42,174 nucleotides of DNA from Methylobacter sp. (GTDB taxonomy: Bacteria; Pseudomonadota; Gammaproteobacteria; Methylococcales; Methylomonadaceae): NCBI GenBank assembly GCA_038922455.1, contig JBCKWP010000001.1:1-42174 (forward strand), written 5' to 3'. The notes beneath the pieces were generated by a model, which did no database searches, had not been told where the DNA came from, and worked only from the letters and a program-made list of their open reading frames with translations. Both the position numbers and the translations under genes were made by a program. Shown here one piece after another: positions 30,902 through 39,763 of this stretch (position 1 is its first letter; the number at the start of each line of letters is the position of its first letter).

Positions 30902-31766
30902 TCAAGCTGATCAAGCAGGCGAAATAAGAGCAATGGATAAAATAAATCCTGTCCGGGTCATCGCAATAACCAGCGGCAAAGGTGGCGTAGGCAAAACAAA
31001 TCTGTCGGTTAATATCGGTATAGCGCTGGCTCAAATGGGGCGGCGGGTGGCTGTACTGGATGCCGATATAGGACTGGCTAATGTTGATATTTTGTTAGGT
31101 ATTTACCCAAAATTTAATCTTTCTCATGTGTTGTCAGGCGAGAAGACATTAGCTGAAATCATGCTGAATGGACCTTCAGGCTTAAGGGTGATTCCGGGCG
31201 CATCGGGTATTCAGAAAATGTCTGAACTTTCAACGCTTGAACAGGCCGCAGTCATTCGCGCGTTCAGTGAAATTGATCAGGACCTGGATGTACTGATTGT
31301 AGACACGGCGGCCGGAATATCGGCAAACGTGGTGAATTTTGCCAGAGCTTGCCAGGAAATTATCGTTATTGTCTGTGATGAACCGACATCGCTAACCGAT
31401 GCCTATGCTTTTATTAAGTTGCTTAACCGAGACTATAATCTGTGCAATTTCCATGTGATCACCAATATGGTTAAAACAGTTCAACAAGGCGAGGCATTAT
31501 TCCAGAAATTAACCCGCGTGACTGATCATTATCTGGATGTCAATTTGCAATTTTTAGGCGCAGTACCCTACGATGACTATTTGCGCAAAGCGGTTCGAAA
31601 GCAAACGCCGGTAGTCGTGGCATTTCCAGGAAGCAAGGCATCTATTGCAGCAAAAGAGATAGCCGTAAAGATTGATAACTGGCCGCTGAAAGCTCAGGCA
31701 GGTAGGTATATCGATTTTTTCATTGAAAGACTGATTCAGTACGACTCGCAAATGGACACCCCGTGA
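30894..31766 (+). CDS. flhG: MinD-like flagellar number regulator FlhG/FleN
   Basis: SGKGGVGKT, DADIGLAN and EPTSLTDAY motifs; follows flhF. Confidence 0.93.
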   Translation: MPNQADQAGEIRAMDKINPVRVIAITSGKGGVGKTNLSVNIGIALAQMGRRVAVLDADIGLANVDILLGIYPKFNLSHVLSGEKTLAEIMLNGPSGLRVIPGASGIQKMSELSTLEQAAVIRAFSEIDQDLDVLIVDTAAGISANVVNFARACQEIIVIVCDEPTSLTDAYAFIKLLNRDYNLCNFHVITNMVKTVQQGEALFQKLTRVTDHYLDVNLQFLGAVPYDDYLRKAVRKQTPVVVAFPGSKASIAAKEIAVKIDNWPLKAQAGRYIDFFIERLIQYDSQMDTP

Positions 31767-32491
31767 ACGCCGTTGCAATGTATACATCGGTACGGGCGGC
31801 CGGTGCCGATGAGCGTATCCTGCAGCACGCGCCCTTAGTCAAACGCATTGCCTATCACTTATTAAACAGATTGCCTGATTCAGTCCAGGTTGACGATTTG
31901 ATCCAGGCGGGGATGCTCGGCTTACTGGAAGCTATCAAGCATTATGATGCGGTGCAGGGAGCTAGTTTTGAGACTTATGCCGGTATTCGTATCAGGGGTT
32001 CCATGCTGGATGAAGTTCGCCGTTCTGACTGGACACCGCGCTCAGTGCATAAAAAATCTAGGATGGTTAGCGACGCCATACGAGCCATTGAAAATAAAAC
32101 CGGCAGCGCGGCCAGAGATGCCGATATAGCCGAGTATTTAGGCATAGCTATTGATGAATATCATCATATTCTTCAGGATTCAAGCAGTTGTCGTGTGTTC
32201 AGTGTTGAAGAATTGGCGCAAGACGGCGACCATTATCTTGATGAGGTTTTGGATCAGGAAGAAGGGCTCGCAGACAACTTGAGTCGTGACGGTTTTCAGC
32301 GAGCATTGGCAAACGCCATTATGGGTTTGCCGGAACGTGAGCGGCTGGTTATATCGCTTTATTATGACGATGAACTCAATTTGCGTGAAATTGGCGAAGT
32401 TTTGAATATCAGCGAATCCAGAGTCAGTCAAATTAGTACGCAGGCGGTGTTGCGATTACGTGCGAGATTGTCTGAATGGACATGCGACTGA
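31763..32491 (+). CDS. fliA: RNA polymerase sigma-28 FliA
   Basis: DDLIQAG, RIRGSMLDEVR..DW.PRS and SESRVSQI motifs. Confidence 0.97.
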   Translation: MNAVAMYTSVRAAGADERILQHAPLVKRIAYHLLNRLPDSVQVDDLIQAGMLGLLEAIKHYDAVQGASFETYAGIRIRGSMLDEVRRSDWTPRSVHKKSRMVSDAIRAIENKTGSAARDADIAEYLGIAIDEYHHILQDSSSCRVFSVEELAQDGDHYLDEVLDQEEGLADNLSRDGFQRALANAIMGLPERERLVISLYYDDELNLREIGEVLNISESRVSQISTQAVLRLRARLSEWTCD

Positions 32492-33279
32492 ACGTTTTTA
32501 ACCGCCTGTCCAACATTAAAAAAACGGATATTTCAAGTATCGCAGGTGTTTTGGTTGGTTTCGGCGCGCTCCTGTTGGCAATCATATTGGATGACGGCAA
32601 CCTCAACGCATTTATAAATATACCTGCATTGATTATCGTGTTGGGGGGGACATGTGGAGCAACGCTATTGCAATTTTCGTCGACCATTATTATCAGGAGC
32701 ATGAAAATGTTTTTGTGGGTGTTAATGCCGAAAAAAATGGATCTTTCGGAGCAGATTGACAAGGTGGTTTCTTGGAGCTATTTGGCACGCAAGGAAGGTT
32801 TATTAGGTCTTGAAAATGCGATATCTAATGAACAAGATCCGTTTATAAAAAAGGGCTTGCAGTTGCTGGTTGACGGAAGCAAAGTTGACGCCATCCGCGA
32901 TATATTGGAAATGGATATAGATTCCAAGGAAAGCATGGGCTTGCAGGCAGCAGGATTGTACGAAACTATGGGTGCTTATGCACCGGCATTCGGTATTATC
33001 GGCTCGGTAACTGGCTTAATTCAGGTGATGCAAAATATGACTGACCCAGAGCTTTTAGGGCGGGGAATAGCGACGGCTTTTGTCACGACTATCTATGGCT
33101 TGATTTTCGCCAACCTTTTTTTTCTGCCGGTTGCCAACAAATTAAAAAACCAGGTTCTGGCATTGACTCAAGCCAAGGAAATGCTGGTAGAAGGTATTGT
33201 CTCTATTGCCGGCGGCGAAAACCCACTCAATATCAAGCTGAAACTGGACGGTTATCTGTATGACGATTATAAAGGTTAG
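32476..33279 (+). CDS. motC: flagellar stator A subunit (MotA/MotC family)
   Basis: ARKEGLLGLE, APAFGIIG and GIATAFVTT.YG motifs; start uncertain. Confidence 0.85.
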   Translation: MDMRLNVFNRLSNIKKTDISSIAGVLVGFGALLLAIILDDGNLNAFINIPALIIVLGGTCGATLLQFSSTIIIRSMKMFLWVLMPKKMDLSEQIDKVVSWSYLARKEGLLGLENAISNEQDPFIKKGLQLLVDGSKVDAIRDILEMDIDSKESMGLQAAGLYETMGAYAPAFGIIGSVTGLIQVMQNMTDPELLGRGIATAFVTTIYGLIFANLFFLPVANKLKNQVLALTQAKEMLVEGIVSIAGGENPLNIKLKLDGYLYDDYKG

Positions 33280-33282
33280 ACT

Positions 33283-34176
33283 ATGGCAAGGCGTCGGAAA
33301 AGACCACTAGCGGAGACTACCCAGCATGACCGATGGCTGATTTCATATGCTGATTTCATCACCTTGTTATTTGCATTTTTTGTGGTCATGTATGCAATCT
33401 CTTCGGTTAATGAAGGCAAGTATAAGACACTGTCCGATTCATTGGGCGAAGCTTTTTCACGCGAAGAGCGACAGAGCTATAAGATTGACCCTATTCAGGT
33501 TGGCACTTTACCGACGCCTATCCAGCCTATCCCATTAGAAAATACCACGACAGTGGAAGTGGAAGTTGAAGTTGAAGTTGAAGTTGAAGTTGAAAAAAGA
33601 CGGGAATTGAGCGAAGAAATACTAAAAGAAAGAGAGCAATTGAACCATGTGGCTGATCAATTGGAAGAAGCTCTGGGATCGTTTATTGATGCCAATCTGG
33701 TTTCAGTCAAACGAAATGACTACTGGATAACACTGGAAATGAATAGCGAATTGTTATTCTTAAGCGGTGAAGCCACCTTATCCCCAAAAGTTCAGCCCGT
33801 GCTAGAAAAGATTGCCGAAGTTGTTAATCCGCTGCCCAATGCGATTAATGTTGAAGGACATACTGATAATATACCTATTGGCACGCTAAAATTTCCGTCG
33901 AACTGGGATTTGTCATCTGCCCGGGCAACCCGTGTAGTACAAGCGTTTATTAAGGAGGGCATTAACCCAACCCGTTTGTCTGCAATCGGCTATGGGGAAT
34001 TTCAGCCTATTGGCGACAATAAGATAGAAGAAGGCCGCTTTAAGAACAGGCGGGTCATTCTGGTGTTAATGTCGCAGGCTTTTTCACGTTATGGCGCTAA
34101 TGATGAAGAACGTGCCAAATTGTTAAATCTGGTGCCGACAGCCGTTTCTGACGGCATGCCGATTAGTAAACCCTAG
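33283..34176 (+). CDS. motD: flagellar stator B subunit (MotB/MotD family)
   Basis: WLISYADFITLLFAFF TM with conserved Asp; OmpA-like GHTD, NWDLSSARA and NRRV motifs. Confidence 0.88.
   Translation: MARRRKRPLAETTQHDRWLISYADFITLLFAFFVVMYAISSVNEGKYKTLSDSLGEAFSREERQSYKIDPIQVGTLPTPIQPIPLENTTTVEVEVEVEVEVEVEKRRELSEEILKEREQLNHVADQLEEALGSFIDANLVSVKRNDYWITLEMNSELLFLSGEATLSPKVQPVLEKIAEVVNPLPNAINVEGHTDNIPIGTLKFPSNWDLSSARATRVVQAFIKEGINPTRLSAIGYGEFQPIGDNKIEEGRFKNRRVILVLMSQAFSRYGANDEERAKLLNLVPTAVSDGMPISKP
33553..33594 (+). repeat. hexanucleotide microsatellite (GTKGAA)x7 in motD
   Basis: GTGGAA x2 plus GTTGAA x5, encoding (VE)7. Confidence 0.95.
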
Positions 34177-34196
34177 GTGACTCATAGGCGGCTAAT

Positions 34197-34355
34197 ATGT
34201 TAGAAATACCACCGCTATCCCCGGTTTATCCCGCCATAAAACCCGGAAAAATTAAAAAAGATGATCCCTTTCCAAGACAGCCGCAACGTAAGAAAAAGCA
34301 GGTATTGGAAGAGCAAGAGACTCAGCCCGTACAACATATCGATGAGATTGTGTAA
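34197..34355 (+). CDS. small hypothetical protein (52 aa), not in ORF track
   Basis: MLEIPPLSPVYP...QPVQHIDEIV*; fills the gap after motD; TAATG overlap with next gene. Confidence 0.6.
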   Translation: MLEIPPLSPVYPAIKPGKIKKDDPFPRQPQRKKKQVLEEQETQPVQHIDEIV

Positions 34356-34747
34356 TGATTGACCCTTTTCTGATGACCATTATCATGGCGGTTGTCACAA
34401 GTGTGGTTATTGTTATTGTGCTTGTTTGGCTGGTACGCACTCATCTGAAACTCAAGCACGATTACCAGGTTCTTGCGGATGTCGTACAGGGCCATAACAA
34501 TGATATTGCCGGTTTGTGTGCTGCCGCACTGGCAGCAGACGGGCGCAGGGACGCTACAGATGAACAGCTTAGTGTTTTATGCGCAAAAATTTCTGATTAT
34601 CAGTATAACGAACCCTCTAGCCATCCTTACAGCCTGGTTATACAAAAAGTACGTAGCGGCGCGAGCGTGAATGAATTAATGCAAAACTCGGGTTTAAGCC
34701 AGGATGAAGCGGCTTTATTGATTCGTTTGCATGGGTCTGGGGTTTGA
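34355..34747 (+). CDS. DUF2802-like membrane-anchored protein
   Basis: N-terminal TM; C-terminal GASVNELMQNSGLSQDEAALLIRLH. Confidence 0.8.
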   Translation: MIDPFLMTIIMAVVTSVVIVIVLVWLVRTHLKLKHDYQVLADVVQGHNNDIAGLCAAALAADGRRDATDEQLSVLCAKISDYQYNEPSSHPYSLVIQKVRSGASVNELMQNSGLSQDEAALLIRLHGSGV

Positions 34748-34758
34748 AGTCCAACGGT
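34739..34758 (+). mobile_element. partial Tn3-family terminal inverted repeat
   Basis: GGGGTTTGAAGTCCAACGGT, 19/20 identical to 39714-39733. Confidence 0.7.
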
Positions 34759-34897
34759 GGCTATTTTTGCCCATCCCCTAGGCTGTCGAAATAGTTCACG
34801 CTACCCAAGCTAGGTTCCCCCTGATTTTTAGCTATCAATAGCATCAAAAAATACCTGTCGTTTCTTGCGAACCGTGTAGGGGGCCTACCAGGAGCCT

Positions 34898-35030
34898 AAG
34901 TGCCATCTGCTGGTGGACACCTTGGGACTGATGTTGGTCATTGTGGTGACCGCCGCTTCGGTTTAGGATCGGGATCGGGATCGGGGCAAAACGGGGGGTT
35001 ATCGCGGAAGATTACTGGACTGGGTCACCG
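34898..35030 (+). pseudogene. IS5-family transposase remnant
   Basis: Translates HLLVDTLGLMLVIVVTAASV*DRD, then GGYRGRLLDWV after a frameshift/deletion. Confidence 0.7.
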
Positions 35031-35116
35031 AATGTAAGCGGTTCGTTTTGATATACATTAATAACGTACTGTCAATGTGTGTACATTTGTGCTATTTTAA
35101 AGGTAAAGGAGATATA

Positions 35117-35389
35117 ATGATGATAAGCAAACGTACAGACAGAATAGATCTTAGAGTTCATCCAAATGCCAAAGAAGCGCTTCAGGCAGCCGCCACATTG
35201 AGGCATAAATCCGTCAGTGAGTTTATTTTGGATAGCGCATTGGGCGCTGCTGATGAGATTTTGGCAGATCGGCGATATTTTGGCTTGAATGCCGAACATT
35301 GGGCTGCTTTTCAAGCAGCCCTCGATGCGCCACTGCGTCCTTTACCAAGACTTAAAAAGCTGATGCAGGAACCGGGGATTTTTGATTGA
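35117..35389 (+). CDS. DUF1778 (TacA/AtaR-like) antitoxin
   Basis: RIDLRV...AA.LRHKSVSEFI RHH-like region; AAGGAG RBS; overlaps GNAT gene. Confidence 0.88.
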   Translation: MMISKRTDRIDLRVHPNAKEALQAAATLRHKSVSEFILDSALGAADEILADRRYFGLNAEHWAAFQAALDAPLRPLPRLKKLMQEPGIFD

Positions 35390-35901
35390 CTACAAAACAG
35401 GAAAACCGACCGCGTATAGAAAAACTTCAACGCTTGCATGACGTTGATGTCTTCGATTGTGGCCAGGGTAACCTGAACCAGTATTTGACGCGTTATGCCC
35501 TGATGAGCCAACGCGCAGACGGGGCGCAAAGCTATGTTGGGGTAAACGGAAAGGAAATCATGGGATACTACACACTTGCTGTGGGTCATGTTGCTTATGA
35601 AGATGCACCTGAACGATTGACTAAAGGGTTATCTCGTAATTCCGTTCCTGTCATGTTATTGGCACGACTTGCAGTTGACCTTAGTTGGCAGCGCAAAGGC
35701 GTTGGAGCCGGTCTATTGCGGGATGCCATGCAGCGTACCGTACAGGTTGCCGACATTGCAGGCCTTCGTGCCTTTCTAGTTCATGCCAAGGACGATAGAG
35801 CCAAAGCCTTTTATGAGCATTTAGATTTTATACCTTCACTAACTGATCCTTACCACTTGTTCATTCTGCTCAAGGACATTCGAAAAATAATGAATGAGTG
35901 A
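35386..35901 (+). CDS. GNAT acetyltransferase toxin (TacT/AtaT-like)
   Basis: FDCG..LN.YL, LLARLAVD..WQRKGVG and VHAKDD.A..FY motifs. Confidence 0.9.
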   Translation: MTTKQENRPRIEKLQRLHDVDVFDCGQGNLNQYLTRYALMSQRADGAQSYVGVNGKEIMGYYTLAVGHVAYEDAPERLTKGLSRNSVPVMLLARLAVDLSWQRKGVGAGLLRDAMQRTVQVADIAGLRAFLVHAKDDRAKAFYEHLDFIPSLTDPYHLFILLKDIRKIMNE

Positions 35902-36037
35902 GTGATCGTTATTTGTCCAAAAAACCTGATTTAATGGTCATAGCATCTCCTCTGAGAACCGCAAAAACATAAAAGCGTATTGGGGTTAATTAACCCAAAG
36001 AAGGGTTTGTCCAGACACTCCATTGGAACCCTTGGTA

Positions 36038-36590
36038 TCAATGGCTTGTAGCCGAAATATCAATTTCAAAATCGCCAATTAGTTTTTTTATAACTTGTTG
36101 ACATCCACCCCCTCCTAAAGGACGGGGATTCCTTAGTACAGCCGTCCATGCCCGAACGGGAGAAAGATGCTATTCCTCTTATTTCACACTGTCCCCGTAT
36201 CACTACTAGACAGCAGGAGTTAGGCAGCTACAGCCCAACCAACAGGAAAATTATACATGACTACGGAGATAAATCAAAAGCACCCTTACATCCCCCACCT
36301 GAAGGAGAAGGGGCTTTACGGGCTTCTCTGGTAAAATTCATACTTGCCAATGAAGTTAATAGGCTACCCTGCAACAGGCGAAAAACGCAGTATTTCTTCG
36401 ACCTTGTCTGTGTCTACGGTTCGATAATGATGATGAAGCGCCGACAAAATGGTCGCATTATAGGAAATCACCGGATTGGCAATGAGTCGGATGGATTCGG
36501 CATTAATATCGAGTTCAATTTTAGGCTTTCCATTGAGCATTCTGCCGCCGCTGACTTTGGCAATGGTGGCGCTTAACGGGTGATACGATT
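36038..36590 (-). pseudogene. Tn3-family transposase C-terminal remnant, interrupted by mini-element
   Basis: Reads ...ESIRLIANPVISYNATILS...EEILRFSPVAG*PINFIGKYEFY|element|QVIKKLIGDFEIDISATSH*. Confidence 0.65.
36098..36330 (-). mobile_element. non-autonomous IS605-type mini-element, family A copy 2, 233 bp, with predicted omegaRNA
   Basis: Reverse complement near-identical to 8587-8817; preceded by TTTAC, ends GGATGTCAA. Confidence 0.9.
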
Positions 36591-36610
36591 CGGAAAATCC
36601 ATCTTAAGCC

Positions 36611-36886
36611 TTATTCCCCAGGTCGTTTTCCGCTCAACATATAGGCAAATGCAATCACTTCGGCGATAGCCAGGTACAATTCTCGGGGTATTTCATCCCC
36701 TAAAGAAATTTTCGACAACACATTGACCAACACGACATCGGTATGTAGCGGAATGTTATGCTCTTTGGCCAGATCAATGATTTGTTCCGCAGTCTGTCCC
36801 CTACCTTTGGCTGTTACACGCGGTGCGTTATTGCCATCGTAACTTAATGCAACGGCAATATCGGGTGGATTGATAACTTTCTTCAT
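36611..36886 (-). CDS. FlhB C-terminal-like (EscU/YscU family) small protein
   Basis: AVALSYD...APRVTAKG.G...EIP.ELY.AIAEV motif. Confidence 0.9.
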   Translation of the reverse strand: MKKVINPPDIAVALSYDGNNAPRVTAKGRGQTAEQIIDLAKEHNIPLHTDVVLVNVLSKISLGDEIPRELYLAIAEVIAFAYMLSGKRPGE

Positions 36887-38046
36887 GCACGCGCATCCAG
36901 CAGCGTGGGCAGCAATAAAGAGCCTGATGATTCAGCATTGACCGGTGTACCTTCTAGCGCATTAAGTTGACCAACGACCAACCCTGCCTGCGTATAACCG
37001 GTGGAAAGCTGATCAAGATGATCCCTCGCCAGGGTTATAGTGGTCTGCTGGTCGCTCCATAAATAGGTATCTATTACATCGTTAACCAGATTAATTCGTG
37101 CATGTAATGTGCCCAATCCGGGCGGATTAAGTTCTAGCACGACAGACCAATTAGCCTGATCACTGGTTTTATTGGCCCTGCTTTCACGGTTAATTTTCAA
37201 TTTGACGGAATCGGTATGATGATCATCGATAAATGGGATTTCAATCCGCCAAACGTTTTGCTTGCCATCATTTTGAGGCAGTGATGCCAATTGATCGAGT
37301 ACAATCCGAGCAATCGCACCTTCCGTTTTGTTCAATAGTACTTCATTCATAACTCCGGAAAGACCGTCGAGTAATATTTTGGCGGGTGATAAATCAGCCG
37401 CCTGACCTGCCGCTGGATGTATTGTTTCAGCACTAGACAAGGTGCTCTGATTACCCTGAATTTTTTGCAAAACATCCGCCAAGGTCAGTAGATGCCCTTT
37501 CAAATCACCTTGCAAGGTTAACGGCAGATTGGCCAGCTTTGCTTCCAAAAAAACACCTGAATTGCTGATGCCTCGTTTAAGTCCTTCGACAGACATTAAT
37601 TCATCTTTAGACGATAACGCACCCAGTGCACTTTGAATCATGGTGCTTACGGCGTCTGATTTACCAGCCGTCGAGGTCGCGAGTTGCCGTAACAACACGG
37701 AAAAATCAGTCAGACTTTGCTGTTTAGGCAAAAAGTGTCGTAAAGCCTGGATAACCGCGGCCTGTTCTGGTTGCACGACCCGCTCCGGTACAATGATTTT
37801 AAATTCAGGTACACTGCCCGCCTTAACAACTTCCAGCTTTAGTATTTGTCCCAGCTCAAGCACATTCTGGGTTTGTGCGCGTACTGACAGGCCGCCTGAT
37901 AATTTCAGGATAAAGCTGTTTTCAGCCAGTTTTTCTTCCACCACCGCATTAAGAAAATATCCCTGCTTTAACTGCGACAAAAACCCGGATAGACGCTTAA
38001 GGTCGAAAGAGTTAACAAGCAGCCCTGAAGTTTTTTGTATTTCCAT
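36883..38046 (-). CDS. FliK-like C-terminal domain protein
   Basis: SGVFLEAKL and WSVVLELNPPGLG motifs; typical partner of the FlhB-like gene. Confidence 0.8.
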   Translation of the reverse strand: MEIQKTSGLLVNSFDLKRLSGFLSQLKQGYFLNAVVEEKLAENSFILKLSGGLSVRAQTQNVLELGQILKLEVVKAGSVPEFKIIVPERVVQPEQAAVIQALRHFLPKQQSLTDFSVLLRQLATSTAGKSDAVSTMIQSALGALSSKDELMSVEGLKRGISNSGVFLEAKLANLPLTLQGDLKGHLLTLADVLQKIQGNQSTLSSAETIHPAAGQAADLSPAKILLDGLSGVMNEVLLNKTEGAIARIVLDQLASLPQNDGKQNVWRIEIPFIDDHHTDSVKLKINRESRANKTSDQANWSVVLELNPPGLGTLHARINLVNDVIDTYLWSDQQTTITLARDHLDQLSTGYTQAGLVVGQLNALEGTPVNAESSGSLLLPTLLDARA

Positions 38047-38239
38047 TAAAATCGACTCAGAGCAGGTTAGTAAGGAACGTGCAGGAAATAACTTGAGCAT
38101 TTACATTATCGTAGGAGCGACGTTGTTACGGCATTTATAATCTGGGGCGCTTGTTTCAGCTAGATGTTGAGGGACGCCGCCTGTGGATCAGCGCACACTA
38201 GATATTGTGGTGACCAAGGGAAATCAGGAAGAACCAAAA

Positions 38240-38740
38240 TTATACCAAAATCAGGGTGTTGGTAAACGGATCACTTTGAGTGGTGCCATCCGGTCCGTAG
38301 GTACTCAAACTGTGCGGTTTGCCTTTTAAAATATGCAGAGAACGCTTGGTATGGTAGGCCAAAAGTTCGATGCTGGCGCCATTTTGTTCATTTAGGGTTC
38401 TGCACTCGGAACAGATAAACTGAATTTGCGCCCAATTGTTTATTGATTCAGCAGTTGGTAATCCTGCAGCTTCCGCTCGTTGAAAATAGTCCTTAATCCC
38501 TTCCTGATTATTAGGCAGCTTTTCGGTTGCCAAAATCTGACCACATTGCATGTTGAATTGTTCCAGTTGCATAACCAGCTGCTTTTTATTGGCGGCGATA
38601 TGATTAATCAATTCAGTATGCTGCGGTTTCTTTAGGGTATCGGCTTCCTGGGTAAGTTGCTGATAAAGCTGCCCCGTTAAATCCAGAGCATTAAGGATTA
38701 GTTTTTCTATGATTGGCCAGGTTTTTTCTATCATTGTCAT
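38240..38740 (-). CDS. flgN: flagellar export chaperone FlgN
   Basis: C..LNEQNG..I and TYG.DG motifs; downstream of flgM. Confidence 0.85.
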   Translation of the reverse strand: MTMIEKTWPIIEKLILNALDLTGQLYQQLTQEADTLKKPQHTELINHIAANKKQLVMQLEQFNMQCGQILATEKLPNNQEGIKDYFQRAEAAGLPTAESINNWAQIQFICSECRTLNEQNGASIELLAYHTKRSLHILKGKPHSLSTYGPDGTTQSDPFTNTLILV

Positions 38741-38911
38741 CAAAACACCTTACTGGTCTGAAACCTCCCCTTTCAGAGGATTGTCAATATTTGACAATCT
38801 TGCACTCGCGGGGCTATCCTTTTTGGCAACCCCTTCGTTCATGGAGGGACTAATCCGCCTGTCGCTATCCGTAGGTGATATTTCACCCATCGGATGCAGT
38901 TGGGTGCGGAT

Positions 38912-39214
38912 TTAAACTTGAGGCATTAACTTTTCATACTGAATCATTTTTTCGGCAATTCTTTCGGCATTAACCTGGTAACTCCCGTCAGCAAGAGCTT
39001 TCTTGACTGCGGCAACTCGACCAGCATCAACGCTAGTAACAGAGGAGGATTCAAAGGCCTTTTTTATTCCTTGCGCCATGGCAGTAATTGCAATGCTGTC
39101 ATTTCTTTCGGCGCTTTTAACAGACGCCTTTTTTTCGCCATCAATTTCAGCTTTTGGGGTTGTTTTAATGGTGAGCTGATTGTGCTTTCTGCCTGTTATT
39201 GATTCGATAGTCAT
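38912..39214 (-). CDS. flgM: anti-sigma-28 factor FlgM
   Basis: VD..RVAAVKKALADGSYQVNAERIAEKM motif. Confidence 0.93.
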   Translation of the reverse strand: MTIESITGRKHNQLTIKTTPKAEIDGEKKASVKSAERNDSIAITAMAQGIKKAFESSSVTSVDAGRVAAVKKALADGSYQVNAERIAEKMIQYEKLMPQV

Positions 39215-39249
39215 GCCAAATTCCTTAGTATTCTTTATATCTGTAACTG

Positions 39250-39276
39250 TTATCGACAGTGCAGCGAAAAACTTTA
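39250..39276 (-). promoter_or_regulatory. sigma28 promoter for flgM
   Basis: TAAA-N15-GTCGATAA on the minus strand. Confidence 0.8.
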
Positions 39277-39397
39277 ACAGAATACACACGATACACAGAA
39301 ATATTGTAACCGTTCACCTACCCTTTTCATAAAAATCATGGAATGATTCCAAATTGAACAAACCGCATTAGCGCAAACCATCTTTGGTATATTTCCG

Positions 39398-39713
39398 TTC
39401 CTGATTAGAAACCTTCTTCAGCTGGATGCTCCGCAGCCTTCAATTTACGGATTTCCACTTAAACTGGGACAGATAACATCCCTTTGAGGGATGTTATCTG
39501 TCAGTTCCCCCGTTTAAGTATGAATTCCTGCCGAAATGACAGCCATTTTGGCGCTGGCTGAAACATCTTGCTAATCAGGTTTCCGTTTATCATTACTGAG
39601 CAAGACCAGGATATGTCACACCTGTTCATGGATCTTCCTGATTAGAAACCTTCTTCAGCTGGATGCTCCGCAGCCTTAAATTTACGGATTTCCACTTAAT
39701 CCGGGACAGATAA
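39398..39713. repeat. 79-bp direct repeat (39398-39476, 39635-39713) with a 15-bp perfect inverted repeat (39468-39502); probable tandem MITE ends
   Basis: TTCCTGATTAGAAACC...GGGACAGATAA twice; GACAGATAACATCCC-TTTGA-GGGATGTTATCTGTC. Confidence 0.8.
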
Positions 39714-39751
39714 GGGGTGTGAAGTCCAACGGTACGAAAAGTTGCGCTAGC
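39714..39751 (+). mobile_element. Tn3-family 38-bp terminal inverted repeat
   Basis: GGGGTGTGAAGTCCAACGGTACGAAAAGTTGCGCTAGC, 12 nt from the tnpA stop. Confidence 0.85.
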
Positions 39752-39763
39752 GTCTATCATAAT

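Noticed and set aside
32524-32526. ACG as a mutated motC start codon (TDISS resembling MDISS)
   Set aside because: No RBS upstream and in-frame ATGs exist at 32476/32482; cannot be decided without orthologues
39398-39713. Direct repeats as a CRISPR array
   Set aside because: Only two 79-bp units with a 158-bp gap; no repeat-spacer periodicity seen anywhere in the window
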